Assembly (NCBI GenBank): GCA_000002445.1
Contig: CP000068.1
Location: 160,001-224,000 of the forward strand
Source: Trypanosoma brucei
Taxonomy: Eukaryota
Direction of reading: 5' to 3'
Length of the DNA stretch: 64,000 nucleotides
A model generated the notes under the pieces. That model saw only the letters and a list, made by a program, of their open reading frames with translations. It was not told where the DNA came from and searched no databases. How positions within the stretch are numbered: the stretch's first letter is position 1; each line of letters begins with the position of its first letter. The position numbers were made by a program, and so were the translations under genes. Below are positions 22,699 through 33,900 of this stretch, piece by piece.

Positions 22699-23104
22699 GC
22701 CCTCTCAGCGCGTACAGATGTAGGTGAGTTTGGTCGCGGTGGCGCAGTTCACGTGGTATAAGATCCTTCCTTCTATTTACTACAAGCTATATAATATAAC
22801 GCTATAGCTAAAGCCGCTCACTTCTGAGTGCATACAGATGTGAAAAGAAAGGCGTTAAGGATAAATCAAAGGTAAGAAACGCTTCATCCGGGTAAGCCAC
22901 AGGGAGTCGTAAGTATGACACGACAGTGCCGAAAAGACGTAGTTAGATGGAAACAACCACTGCGTATGCCGCCGTATGCGTCACTAGTACGCATGTCTGA
23001 CTTCCGTTGATCTCCACTATGTGGTGTCGCGGGAATGCACCTCAAACAGTGCTGAAGAAACCTCGTAAATACATATCCAAGTATGTCGACGGTATTCATA
23101 AACA

Positions 23105-24316
23105 TCAAGCTTTTCGCTTACGATCAGCTTCAAGATTTCCCTTATTCACAATTGGCCATGAATCAATCTGTACCAAGAAGGGCAGGTACATGTATACCTT
23201 GTCGCGGTACCTCTTATCTTCTTCAATTGGGTTACGCTCAAGATACACGGTCTTCAAAGTGCTTGTGAAGCCACTTAACTTTCCTACCTCTTCCCAATCT
23301 GCTATATTTCCATCAGTGAGCCAAAACTCCTCAAGTTTGGGCATGGTTTGCGGATTGATCTCTTCAGCGTCGATTGAACATATCGAGTTGAAACTAAAAT
23401 CGATAATTTTGATTGTTGATAGGTGTCGCACGTTCCCAACAGAAGTAAGGCCGTTCTCGGACAAGTATACTTCCCTCAAATTAGGATTGGCCTTTGCTCC
23501 CAAGAAGTTTTCCGCATCAACAGAGGTAATTCGGTTTGCCTGCAAACTAAGGATCTCTAGCGAAACCAATTTGTGAAGCGCGGTACCAATGGAACTTATC
23601 TTATTCTTGCCGAGCCACAACTGTTTCAACTTCGTCAACTTCTCCAACCCGGAACCGATGGCACGTAAACGGTTGCCCCCTAATTCAAGTAACTCAAGGT
23701 TCACCAGAGAATCAAGATTTTTAACCTCTTTAATTTTATTTTCGACCAGATAAAGCTCTCTCAGCGTACCCCCGATGGAATCGAGTCCACCGATTTCACG
23801 AATCTGATTGTAACTTAGGTCCAATTTCGTGAGACATTTGTATGCGTTGGGGAGTGTTTTCGTCGTGGGCGGGTCACCAGGGACTGTTACTGTCTCGAAA
23901 AAATCGTTCAGCTTACGAATTTTGTTGTCGAAAAGATCCAACTCATCAAGGCGATCGGCGAGGTCCTCAGGAAACGGAATAAGATCATGCAAGAGATTCT
24001 TGCGCAAGGAAAGGGATGTGCATTCAGTCAACTTGTCAAGCTCAATTTCAGCCACTGAAAACAGGCGAATATTATTTATCTCTATGATTTTGCTCTTCGT
24101 ATCAATCCTAAGAATAGCCTCCGCCACCTGACGGTATCTATCTTCATCTCGAGTAATGCTTGGAGGCACTTCCTCGCCGTCACTTTCAATGTCCGTGCGT
24201 TTCTCAGAAGGTATCTCTTGAGCACAGAACATGGCCTCAAGGCCTAGCCTTAATTTTTGGTTCCGTTGCTCTTTTTCGTTGGCGTCCGGTTCTGATTTCC
24301 CACCCTCCTGTGACAT
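23105..24316 (-). CDS. Leucine-rich repeat protein, SDS22-like (protein phosphatase 1 regulatory subunit 7 family)
   Basis: At least 10 consecutive 22-residue LRRs of the SDS22 type (LxxLxxLxxLxLxxNxIxxIxx: …LTKLDLSYNQIREIGGLDSIGGTLRELYLVENKIKEVKNLDSLVNLELLELGGNRLRAIG…) plus a C-terminal LRR cap. The track ORF extends to 24508 but the N-terminal 64 codons are hydrophobic and low-complexity; ATG at 24316 (MSQEGGKSEP…) is the likely start. Confidence 0.75.
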   Translation of the reverse strand: MSQEGGKSEPDANEKEQRNQKLRLGLEAMFCAQEIPSEKRTDIESDGEEVPPSITRDEDRYRQVAEAILRIDTKSKIIEINNIRLFSVAEIELDKLTECTSLSLRKNLLHDLIPFPEDLADRLDELDLFDNKIRKLNDFFETVTVPGDPPTTKTLPNAYKCLTKLDLSYNQIREIGGLDSIGGTLRELYLVENKIKEVKNLDSLVNLELLELGGNRLRAIGSGLEKLTKLKQLWLGKNKISSIGTALHKLVSLEILSLQANRITSVDAENFLGAKANPNLREVYLSENGLTSVGNVRHLSTIKIIDFSFNSICSIDAEEINPQTMPKLEEFWLTDGNIADWEEVGKLSGFTSTLKTVYLERNPIEEDKRYRDKVYMYLPFLVQIDSWPIVNKGNLEADRKRKA

Positions 24317-24507
24317 AGTTGCGACTTTTTTTTTTAGAAGAGTACAAAAAGATGGTATAGATGTCAGCAGAACCAAGACGACGGTGATAAGCAGCAGATG
24401 TAAATGCAACAAGGACGGGAAGAAGTACAATTTATTATTGTAGATCACAAGCCTCTTGACCTCCCGTTCATACAACCAATAGCGCGTCTCGAACGTCCTC
24501 GAGCGCA

Positions 24508-24891
24508 CTATGAACTCGCATGTCCCCGGGTAGGGTCGGAATTCCCCGCCTGTTTCCTCTTCCTTTCGGCGTGTCTTCGCCGAATGCTCTTAACTCCGTG
24601 AATGATTTGTTTGCGCAGCTGTTTGAATCCCTTCTGTCTCTTATTGATCACATGCGGGAACTGAACAGCTGCAATTTGTTGTGCTAATGGTTTCTCAGCG
24701 ACGCGTTTAGTAACGGGCCCTAGTCCCATAGACTCCTCCAGCTTCAGCTGGTCGTCGTGCTTCTGCTGGAACCTCTTGCGTTTTATTTGGCGCGACCCCC
24801 GAAGACCCCGTGGGGTTTTCTTGCCTGTATTTTTACCCTGTGCGTGTGTCACGATGGCAACCCTCAGTCCTCTCCCGAATCCACGGCCCAT
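24508..24891 (-). CDS. Small very basic protein (127 aa from MGRGFGRGLRV…; K/R-rich, possibly nucleolar or ribosome-associated); function unknown
   Basis: ORF 24508..24981 in track; the hydrophobic junk N-terminus suggests the internal ATG at 24891 as start. Composition very rich in K/R/Q; no confident family match. Confidence 0.45.
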   Translation of the reverse strand: MGRGFGRGLRVAIVTHAQGKNTGKKTPRGLRGSRQIKRKRFQQKHDDQLKLEESMGLGPVTKRVAEKPLAQQIAAVQFPHVINKRQKGFKQLRKQIIHGVKSIRRRHAERKRKQAGNSDPTRGHASS

Positions 24892-24999
24892 TGAACCCGG
24901 ATTTCGTGTAGATGAATTAATACGTTCAGGTTCCCTCCAGTCCAAAAAAAAAAACAGTGTCGAGAAAGAGACAAAAGTCAATATGCAAACGCAGACGCA

Positions 25000-27900
25000 A
25001 AAGAAAGTTCAAGCGGACAAATTAGATCGGAACAAAATCTGCTAAAGCGTAATCCATTATAATCATGTGAAAAGGAGTGACCTTTCATCCAAAGGGGAAC
25101 TCTTAGAAATGAAAAAAAATATGTAAATGTTGCTTAAAATGGTGACCACGCGTGGCCGGTGGGCGTATTTCACCCCATTTGGGTGCCGAGATAATATGAT
25201 TCAAATTGCGATAAAGCGAATATGTGCAACTGATACTAGTGGATGTTCGTTGCTGCATCATCAGTGAGCACAGACAGATGCAAAGCGTACCAGACTTATA
25301 ACCCTTTCAAACAAAAAGATATCTCACAGCCGTGGAGAAATAAATAAATACCTCAAACGCAACACAAAATGAAACATAGGTTCATAACGAAAAACTTTTT
25401 TTTAATCCTTGTAAAAGAGCTTATTCATTCTGCAGGTCACAGAAGTAGAAGAAGTGCGGGTAGGGGAATAGGTCGAAACTGACGGCTGTCCCACAGTAGC
25501 TCTCCTGCATTAACAGTGGAGCTGTTGCTCAAATTCAAAAACTATTTGATGGTACAAACGAGCAGGAAGAACGATGAAGAGCCACGGATTCAGCCTATAA
25601 TACCATCTTCTTGCACGTCAAGCGCCTAACACAAAGCTACAGCACGACAACCCATTGAGCAGGATGTGGTCCAGTGCGAAACAAACGGTCGTTGAATTGT
25701 GGCACCAGCGCTTTGAGCTGTAGACAACGGAATTCTTCATCGCAAACACACCTGCAGTGAGAAGGGCAGTAAGAGACAGAGTTGCAGCCAGGTGAAGAGG
25801 GAATCACAACGTTCAAAGAGACAGAGCAGTTAATCCATACCGAATAACTCATCGCCGGTCTCACCGCCTCGCAGTACCGTGCATCAGACAAGACAGTTGA
25901 CAGTTGAAACAAAAAAGGAAGACAGGCACGAGAAACCACTTGACTGCCACCAGTCCGTCATTCCGAACACGTAGAAGGAACGCCGTTGAACTGAAAACGG
26001 CACCAGGTCATTTGATTTAACTTGCAAGCATCCACAGCTCAAGGGTATCAAAGACTTTTCGCGAAGATAACACAGCTCATTCCTTCATCGGGCCCTCCTG
26101 AACAATTGGAACACACAAAAATACCTCCTCAGAAGGGCTTTCAGGAAAACATCAGCACCGAATCAACATGGAAACACAAAAATAATTTCGGGCCATCTAG
26201 TTTAATCTCACGAGTTCGCCCCATTCACGGTGTCATGAGCAACCCTCACGGATTATCAAAAGATTAAAGTGCATATCGAATAAAATCGAGAAACGCTTTA
26301 GATGTAAGGCACCCCTGCTACACATAATAAACACAGTGCGAAAACCTCTCCCGGCCAAATCCCCTCCCTTCGTGTACGTGCCGCACCTCTGGAATACAAA
26401 GAACGATCGCGGCAAATATAAAAAAAACCGCTTCGGAATGCTGTACATAACCATGGACCACACAAACACACAAAAAACACGACAAAAAGCGAACACCCAT
26501 CGGGGCGGAACAGAAATGATCAATCCGGGAAACGCAAACCACCACGAAATGATCCGTAAAGCAAAAAAGAAAAAAATGGCGCTACACGGCAAACCCTCCG
26601 CCACCACTGCCCCTCCGGTAGCACACCACACGCGACCAAACACCCACCATCGTTTCGGCGTGTACCCCGTCAACATGGCTCCACCGCCCAGCACTTCACC
26701 CGGGGGGGACTGGGCAGCTGTATGCATCCAACCCCTTAGTGACCGGGGCTGTCGGTCGGCTGCTGGTTGCTGGAGCAATGGGGGGAAGTGGCAAATTGGC
26801 TCCCCGGTGTGGGAAGTGATATCCTTACGGCCCTCCCCACGCTCTTGCACGTTCCCGTGGGCGCGTAGGGGCAACTTCTGCCATGGGAACGCACCATAGA
26901 TAGCGGTACTCCACTCATCGCTGCATCGTAAGGGACCATCTCACCGAAGTGTCCTTGTATTAAAGGGAGTTTGCTTCCGCATTTTGAGGGAGACACATCC
27001 ACGCGACGAAGAAATGAAATGCAAAATGATACCCGTATTTCCGGAGCACTGGAAGAGCAAACCCCTTCAGGAGTTGATGAGTGTTAAAGCCGGAACAGGG
27101 CGGGATGGCCACAGTGCGGGGTTCTACAAAGGTAAGAAAGCGCGGGAGAGTGAAAATTTGGCCAACAGCCGAAAAGGGGCCGCGGGTAGTACCCGCGTCG
27201 ATACATTTACGAGGGTTAGAGGCAAAAACAAAACTGGAACTCAGCAAATTGCGCCCAGCGAAAGTCGCGCCGCGCGTACATGTGAGTATAAATTGGCGTG
27301 GCTTAGGTTAGTGTCCACGCACCCGGCTACACAGCGGAGGATACTGTGTTGTAAAACGGCGCTTGGAAGAACTCTTGATTAGAAAAAAAAAGCAAAAAAG
27401 GGAGCTCCACGGGAAAATCTCCAGACTGCAAGCGAGCTCCAGCACCAGGCCTAGCCATCCACGGGGAGTGTGGTGTCAAGCTAGATCCCGACATTGAATC
27501 CAACCGGAAGGCACGATTAGAATACGATAGAAACAGGCGTCGACGTGGATGCTGCTCAAATTAGTTCTTACAGCCATCACCACACACTACTCGAATGGAA
27601 TAGAGCCGATTGAGCGGCTTACCAATGAACTTGCGTGCCTTGGCTGGGAAATTCTTTACGAGGATATGTCAAGAAACGTCAGGAGCTTCGAAGAGGGAAT
27701 TACCAGAAGTGAGGGCCTATGAACCCAAATTACTGACCATGGGAGCGCCGGAATTACCAACAGCTAAATTCTGCACAGGAACCGCGCCTGTGGGAGATAT
27801 TGTATGCTGAGAAGGAGTGAAGAGGCTCTGTAGGAAGAAGAGGCACCGCTTACTGGGGTTATATTTCACCACATGGAACACACTGTGACGCCGAAACTGC

Positions 27901-30900
27901 AGAGAAAGGGTGTTTTAATATCAGCCTTGAAGGCACACGAGCCTGTAATAAAGGTGGCATCACTCCTGCAATTTACAGTACGAATACTTTCTACAAGTCG
28001 ATGGAAAGAATGGTTGTCAGGATCCCGAAAGATCAACTGCGTAGCCTACTTCACCCACAACTGCCAAGGACTCATGCCCTCAACTGCAAGGGTTAAAGCA
28101 CGTTTGTTTAGTGTAATAATTGAGGCAGAATAGTCTGCACCTTACCTACTCCTACATATAGAAGAGATTTATGATAAAAGATATAATTAATTAAATGACC
28201 AATCTTAGGGTATCCCGGTAAGCTTTTTCAATGTAGATAAAACTCCCAATATTAAGACAATGAAAGAAACAAAACACTTACGATAAGGAATTGGTGAAAG
28301 CGTTCTCATCCCGCCTCCCGCGCTCCCTATCACAAGTTCCACCCTTTCGCTAAGTCCGATGGAAAAACTGCCCTCCTCCGTGAGATACCATCAGCGAAAT
28401 TCGCTAATGAAACAACATAGTCTCAAAGAGCCTCGATGCCTTCCTCCAGATAAGCATGATCTATTAAACTTACTTCTTGAACCGAAGCATCGGAGTGTGT
28501 GTTACCTTTTTTCGTGACATGCATAACTGTAGTATTATCCACACATACGTGAATATTATTAAGCAGGCTGCCCTGAAAAGCTCTCAATGCCAATGTCACT
28601 GCTCTCGCCTTGGTATGAGAGATACAATGTGGAGGTTGTTCTCACTGGCCTCCTGAAGCCCATACTTTCCCGCTGTCCTTAAAAAGTAAGGCTCCCCAAC
28701 CGTGTATAGAAGCATCGGTAACCGATGTTGCAGAAGTCAGTAATTACCTTGACGGCTTAACGGGTTCTTTTTCGATCAACCCGCTTAGTCACTCCTGCCC
28801 CATGCGGATTGCCTGGAGGGAAAGCCGTGCCATGTCGTTCTGCGCCAAGACACACCTGTTGAGCTCCGACAAGCGCCGTCTTACCATCTTTAAGAAAAAA
28901 TAATGTCGGAACAGAGAATCTCCCCGCACCCCCGCCGCATACATCATTCGGGATACTATGCTCTCCAAATTGTCAACAGTAACCCTCTCAGTGGGATAGC
29001 CTCCCTGAGCTTCCGCACCGTTTTTTTGCTCAATGGCACCATCTTTGAACCATGACCAAAGTGGACTCCAATGAAATCATATAGTGCGGTGATGGACTTG
29101 CTTTTCCATGAAGTTGCGCCGCGCTGTAACATGTTTCTTCTAATCACCTTGTTCCATCAGTTTACAACTTCCCGTGGACTGCTAATACGAATATTATCAA
29201 TCCACACATGTACTTTTAGCTACGAAGGCGCTGCATATTCAGCTTTCACTACTGCAGAGTCCCCGGCCAATACACACGGGGCCGTGTGTAAGACTCCCGG
29301 GCCACACTTGTAACCCATAGGAAGTCGGGCAAGTTCCACGAGCTTTCCACCTGCCGTCCGGCATAAGAAACCTGATCGGGTGTCCATCAGCAAGCCCGCT
29401 TTTAAGAAAACGAAGCTTTTAAATCACAAAGCGCTGCACCCTCATCATGGACAGCATCCAGGTAGCGTGGCACGTGTCCCAGAGGAACAATAGCTTCATA
29501 ATCGTCCTGTGCATTCTTAGACTTTGGCCATGTAATGATTCGCCCTCGACAACCCGTTGGCTTCTCTTCCAGCACCGTGAAGGGCACCACCCAACCCGTG
29601 GTAGGGTTGTTGGACACTTTCTGAATTGTACCCTCTCTTTCCACGGTGATAGTATTCTGGTCTGAAATCGTCAATTTTGGCTCGTATTCCCGACCTTCTT
29701 TCCTGGCCGGTCTGCGCATGGTCTCCCAAACATCATTGAAGAGCTGTAAATATTGACTATTCAGTCGTTGCTTGATCCATTTTAGCGATAAAGTCTCCAC
29801 ATTCATCTGTTGTTACGGTAACTCCTGTTGCTCAGTATCCGAGGCGACCTTGGTTTGATGGGTGCGTCGGAGAATGTTGTGTCTCTGAAATAAAGGTCCT
29901 GTCCTATTATTTTTATCGTTGGATTCTGAACCTTCCACAGTAACGTGGCCCACTCACCCTCCGTTTCTACATGAGCGCTGTTAGATTTACTGACTTGTTT
30001 AGCACAGCCACCCATGGCCCTAAATACCTAGTGGTGCTCCGACGAAATTCCATGGGGTCCGCGTGTTTTCCCATCTTGGCCAGAATGCGTGAGTCGAGGT
30101 CGTTTTCTATCACCGCTACGGTCGCATGAGGTAGAGACCCTCTTTTTTATAGAATGCATCGTCATTCCGTAAGGTTTCAGAATGTTTTCCATGTCCCTTC
30201 TGCTGATGGTGGTTAGTTTTTCTTCATCCGCCCTCCACCTTACGACTTTCTTCAACTTTTTGGCGTCCTCGCCCGCGATGACGACATTTCACGCTGCTCT
30301 GTGGGGATCTAACTTGGATGTCTTTGGGATGCCCCCCAGTCGACGATTAGTGCCTCCTCGTCCTGAGGATGAGCGACAAAATTTTCCTTTTGCGGCGACG
30401 CAATCTCTCCCCAACGACTGGCAGTGACCCAAGCCAGACGCATGGCCACTCGCTCCCTTTCCTGTTCCATTGTGTCGCTTATCATGTCCAGTTCCCACAT
30501 CTCCATGGGGCAGGCCTGCTTTATTGGTGGTTCTGCCACTTTTCTCTGCAAACCTTTCAAAAGGATTCTTGTTGGTGCCTTTTCCGCTGTCAGCATCACA
30601 AAAGAGTTCTTGTATACTGCACAGCGTTGCTTTTGGCCAGCTGCAAGCTCACAATGAAGACGGGAACATTCCCCTCGCTTGGCTCCACGTTGTGCTTTGC
30701 CACAGACTCGCAGAATCTCCTGAGAATCGACCCCAACTGCTCCCATATTGACTGTGTCCAAATTCTTTTTGCGATGTGATTCGCTTTTGAAGCCCACGCC
30801 ACCATAATCGTATCGTGGGTGGTTTTATAATGATAACTTCCTTTGCCGGTGTTTTCGTAGGGCGCAAAACTGGGGATGCCGTTTCTCTTGCTGGCTCTCT

Positions 30901-33900
30901 TCCCTCTGTGTCCTCCTCTACCATGAGACCTTTCCCCGGCAAGTTTTCCGTGGCATTTCTCCATTCGCTATTACCCACTTGTGGGTCCTTGGCCCCGTAA
31001 CCATGGACACGGATTCCAATATTTTCTCGGCCCCGAAGCTTACTGTTTCCGGGGCCGACATTCGCTTTTTGGCTTCCACGGAACCTTGGCATCCTTAACG
31101 AAGCATGACGTACTGTAGTGCCACAACTTCCCACATCGGAAGCATCGTATTCTGCTAACTTGGGAAGTCGGTTTTTGAACTTTGGGGTATGCTTGATGGT
31201 ATGGATCCTCGTCCCTCCTTGAGTCATGTACTGCCTTTGCAAACGCTTCCACTCGCACCCCCGAGTGGGCTCTCTCTGTTTGCAAGACTCGAAGATAAGT
31301 GTGAATCGACCTCCCGACTGTTATCCCACCTTCTGAGAGGCCTTCCAATCCTACTGCATTTATCCACGCCGCAAATTGCTCCCAGACGCATTGTAACCCG
31401 TGATCCGATTTTTGTGGTAATGGGAACAATTCTTTGTACGCAGTTAAAAAACTGTTCCGGTGATGTCTCTGTCATGTATTCGATTTCCCCTTCAAACGTC
31501 CGCATATTTTCTTCAGGGCGAAAACCCTTGTCCACAAAGTTATTTTTTAACCGCTGAATGCCTCTGATTCCCACCTTGGGGTTCCTTACATATTTACCGC
31601 TTGATTTCTGAGTAAACTGTGATTTGTATGACTCAAAAGTGAACTTTATTTCTATTCTACCTTTTCCTTTCGATCTGATTCATTCTTCACTCTCTCTCTT
31701 GTTCGACAACTGGATCCGTTTTATGTGTGGCGTCCGTATTTGCTAATATATTTCAGTGGTGTAATCCAGCTGTTATCGATTCAATGACAGCTTCCAACCC
31801 ATTGATATGGAAGAGCACCTGTTCCATTTCCCCTCTCAAAGCACAATTTTCTTGCATGAACCTTTCAACTTGCCCATTCAGTTCCATCGACTGGTTTTGC
31901 ATTCTCCAGTGCTCATCATTCATCTGTGCTCTTGTCATTTCGTACTGTTGGTATAAATTAGACTTATTTGCCTCTAGTGCTAGACATTCGTTACGAAACA
32001 TCTCTCTATTTTCTTCGAACATAGGCAACAATTCAATGTTTTAGGGCATATTGAAGGAAACAAACGAGGTCCGTAAATCGGCGAAATTTACCTGCCCATT
32101 GTCAAAAGTCACTCGAAGCTCTCCATTGTCAAACCTCGGAAAACCGTCTACATGTACCGCTGAATTTCCAAAAGGGGGACAATAGTTGAATGAAAATGTG
32201 GTCCGACCGCACTGTTTCACAAAAGTCCTTATTTCTTTCAAACTTATTTCCCATTCGGCATCCGATATAGTTGGAGGGGTTGTCGTTAGCATCTCTCAAA
32301 ACTTACAGCGATAACTTACTTTTTAAAAAATTACTTACCCTTTTAAAAAACTTTCCTCCGTAATAGTTTTTCTATGCATATATAAGAAAGGAAAGAACGA
32401 ATAACAAAGAAAGTGGTAAAGATGGACCATTCCTTTCGCAAGCTCCCATTACAAAAGAAAAAAGGCAGAGCAGGCATTTGTGGATTATGCAAGAGCGTCC
32501 GAGTCAGTGGATCGTGTGTAAATCACTGTGGCGCTAAGTCGCTGCAAGTATATTCTCACCTAAAGAGGTGAATGGGACGGTTCCTGTACAGTTCAAACCC
32601 CAGAGTGAGGACAAACAAGACCTTGTCAAACGCTAGTTCCCCAACCTGCGGGGTGCCGCAACGATCCGCTGCCTGGATCAATGCTGCTCATATTCAGAAT
32701 GGACCTCCTCAGCCTAAAGATAAGTAAAGCATCAGGAATTAGAAACAGCTTCCTTGCAAACAACCTAATCATCATACGCGGAGACACGGGTCTAAAAAGC
32801 ATCTGTAAAATGTCACAACAAGGAATCGGCTGCAATGCGCGGTGGCCCATAAAACCATGTGATGACGTGTGTGTGAATGTGTGCTGGAAAGAAAGTGCAC
32901 ATGCCTCGGGATCATGCATGCTAGTACCTTTTAATTCCGTGAAAACAGCAAGAAGATAAAGGAAAACAAAAGATGTGGGGCCGCCAGATCTAACACTTCG
33001 GTCATGTGAGGAAGCAGAGAGGCACAAAAAGGGCAACGGGGGGTTCACAAAAGGGACCACCAAAGTTGCAGGTCATCTCATCCATTTGTCCCAAAGCGTC
33101 CCCGCCACGGGGAGCAATACGAGACAAAGATCTGCTTTACCTGCATATTTCGCCTACGTTATGCAATCGCGCCGCGGCTCAGTGGCTAACCTAACGATAA
33201 AAGCGCATCAATGGGAAAGGAAAGGAGCATGGAAAGCACCCCAAACAGGGAGCAAAGCACAGACAACGTACAGAGGGAACTACAGCCGCCATATATCTAT
33301 GGTAAAATGTTTGAACAAAGGCAATCACTATGGGAACGCATGCCGCGACGTGTCTCGGGTAACCTCCAAGGCGGTTCTTTAGAAGCGAAAAGGAGACCTG
33401 TCTGAGGAAGCGGTGGAGAGCAAAGAAAGGAAAAAGATTAAATTGGCCCTTTCGTCTACCGACCGTACCGACTGGGTGGGCGGTTGAGGAAACGCAACGA
33501 CACGGGTCGCTCAAAGCGCGGCAGGAAGAAAATTTCTCCGAAAACCCACAGGACAAATCACCAGGAAAATAAGGCATGGAGGTGGAATGTCAAATGTGCC
33601 CGAGGAAGTTGCAGAGAAAGGGGGAATTGGCAGGCTACAAGTGCGACAAACCGAATCACCGTGTCAAAAACCGATGACATGGTCATGCGAACAAGCTGAA
33701 AACAAAGTTCCCCATTCACCGCAATAAATGCTGTTCGCACTGTGTAACAAGACACGGCCGAAGGAGTACCAGCGCCAAATTGTAAAAAAAAAAAAGAAGC
33801 GCATAAACAATTAAAGGGCTGATTATGAAAACGAAGCGAAAGGAAAAAGAGAATGGCAAAAAGGAAGACAGCAAAAACATTGAACTTCCTGAGGGATCAG

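Noticed and set aside
26233-26899. Overlapping 213-aa (minus) and 187-aa (plus) ORFs in a GC-rich block
   Set aside because: Mutually antisense ORFs with low-complexity, P/G/H-rich translations typical of GC-rich non-coding DNA; no domain recognised. Treated as part of the degenerate zone.
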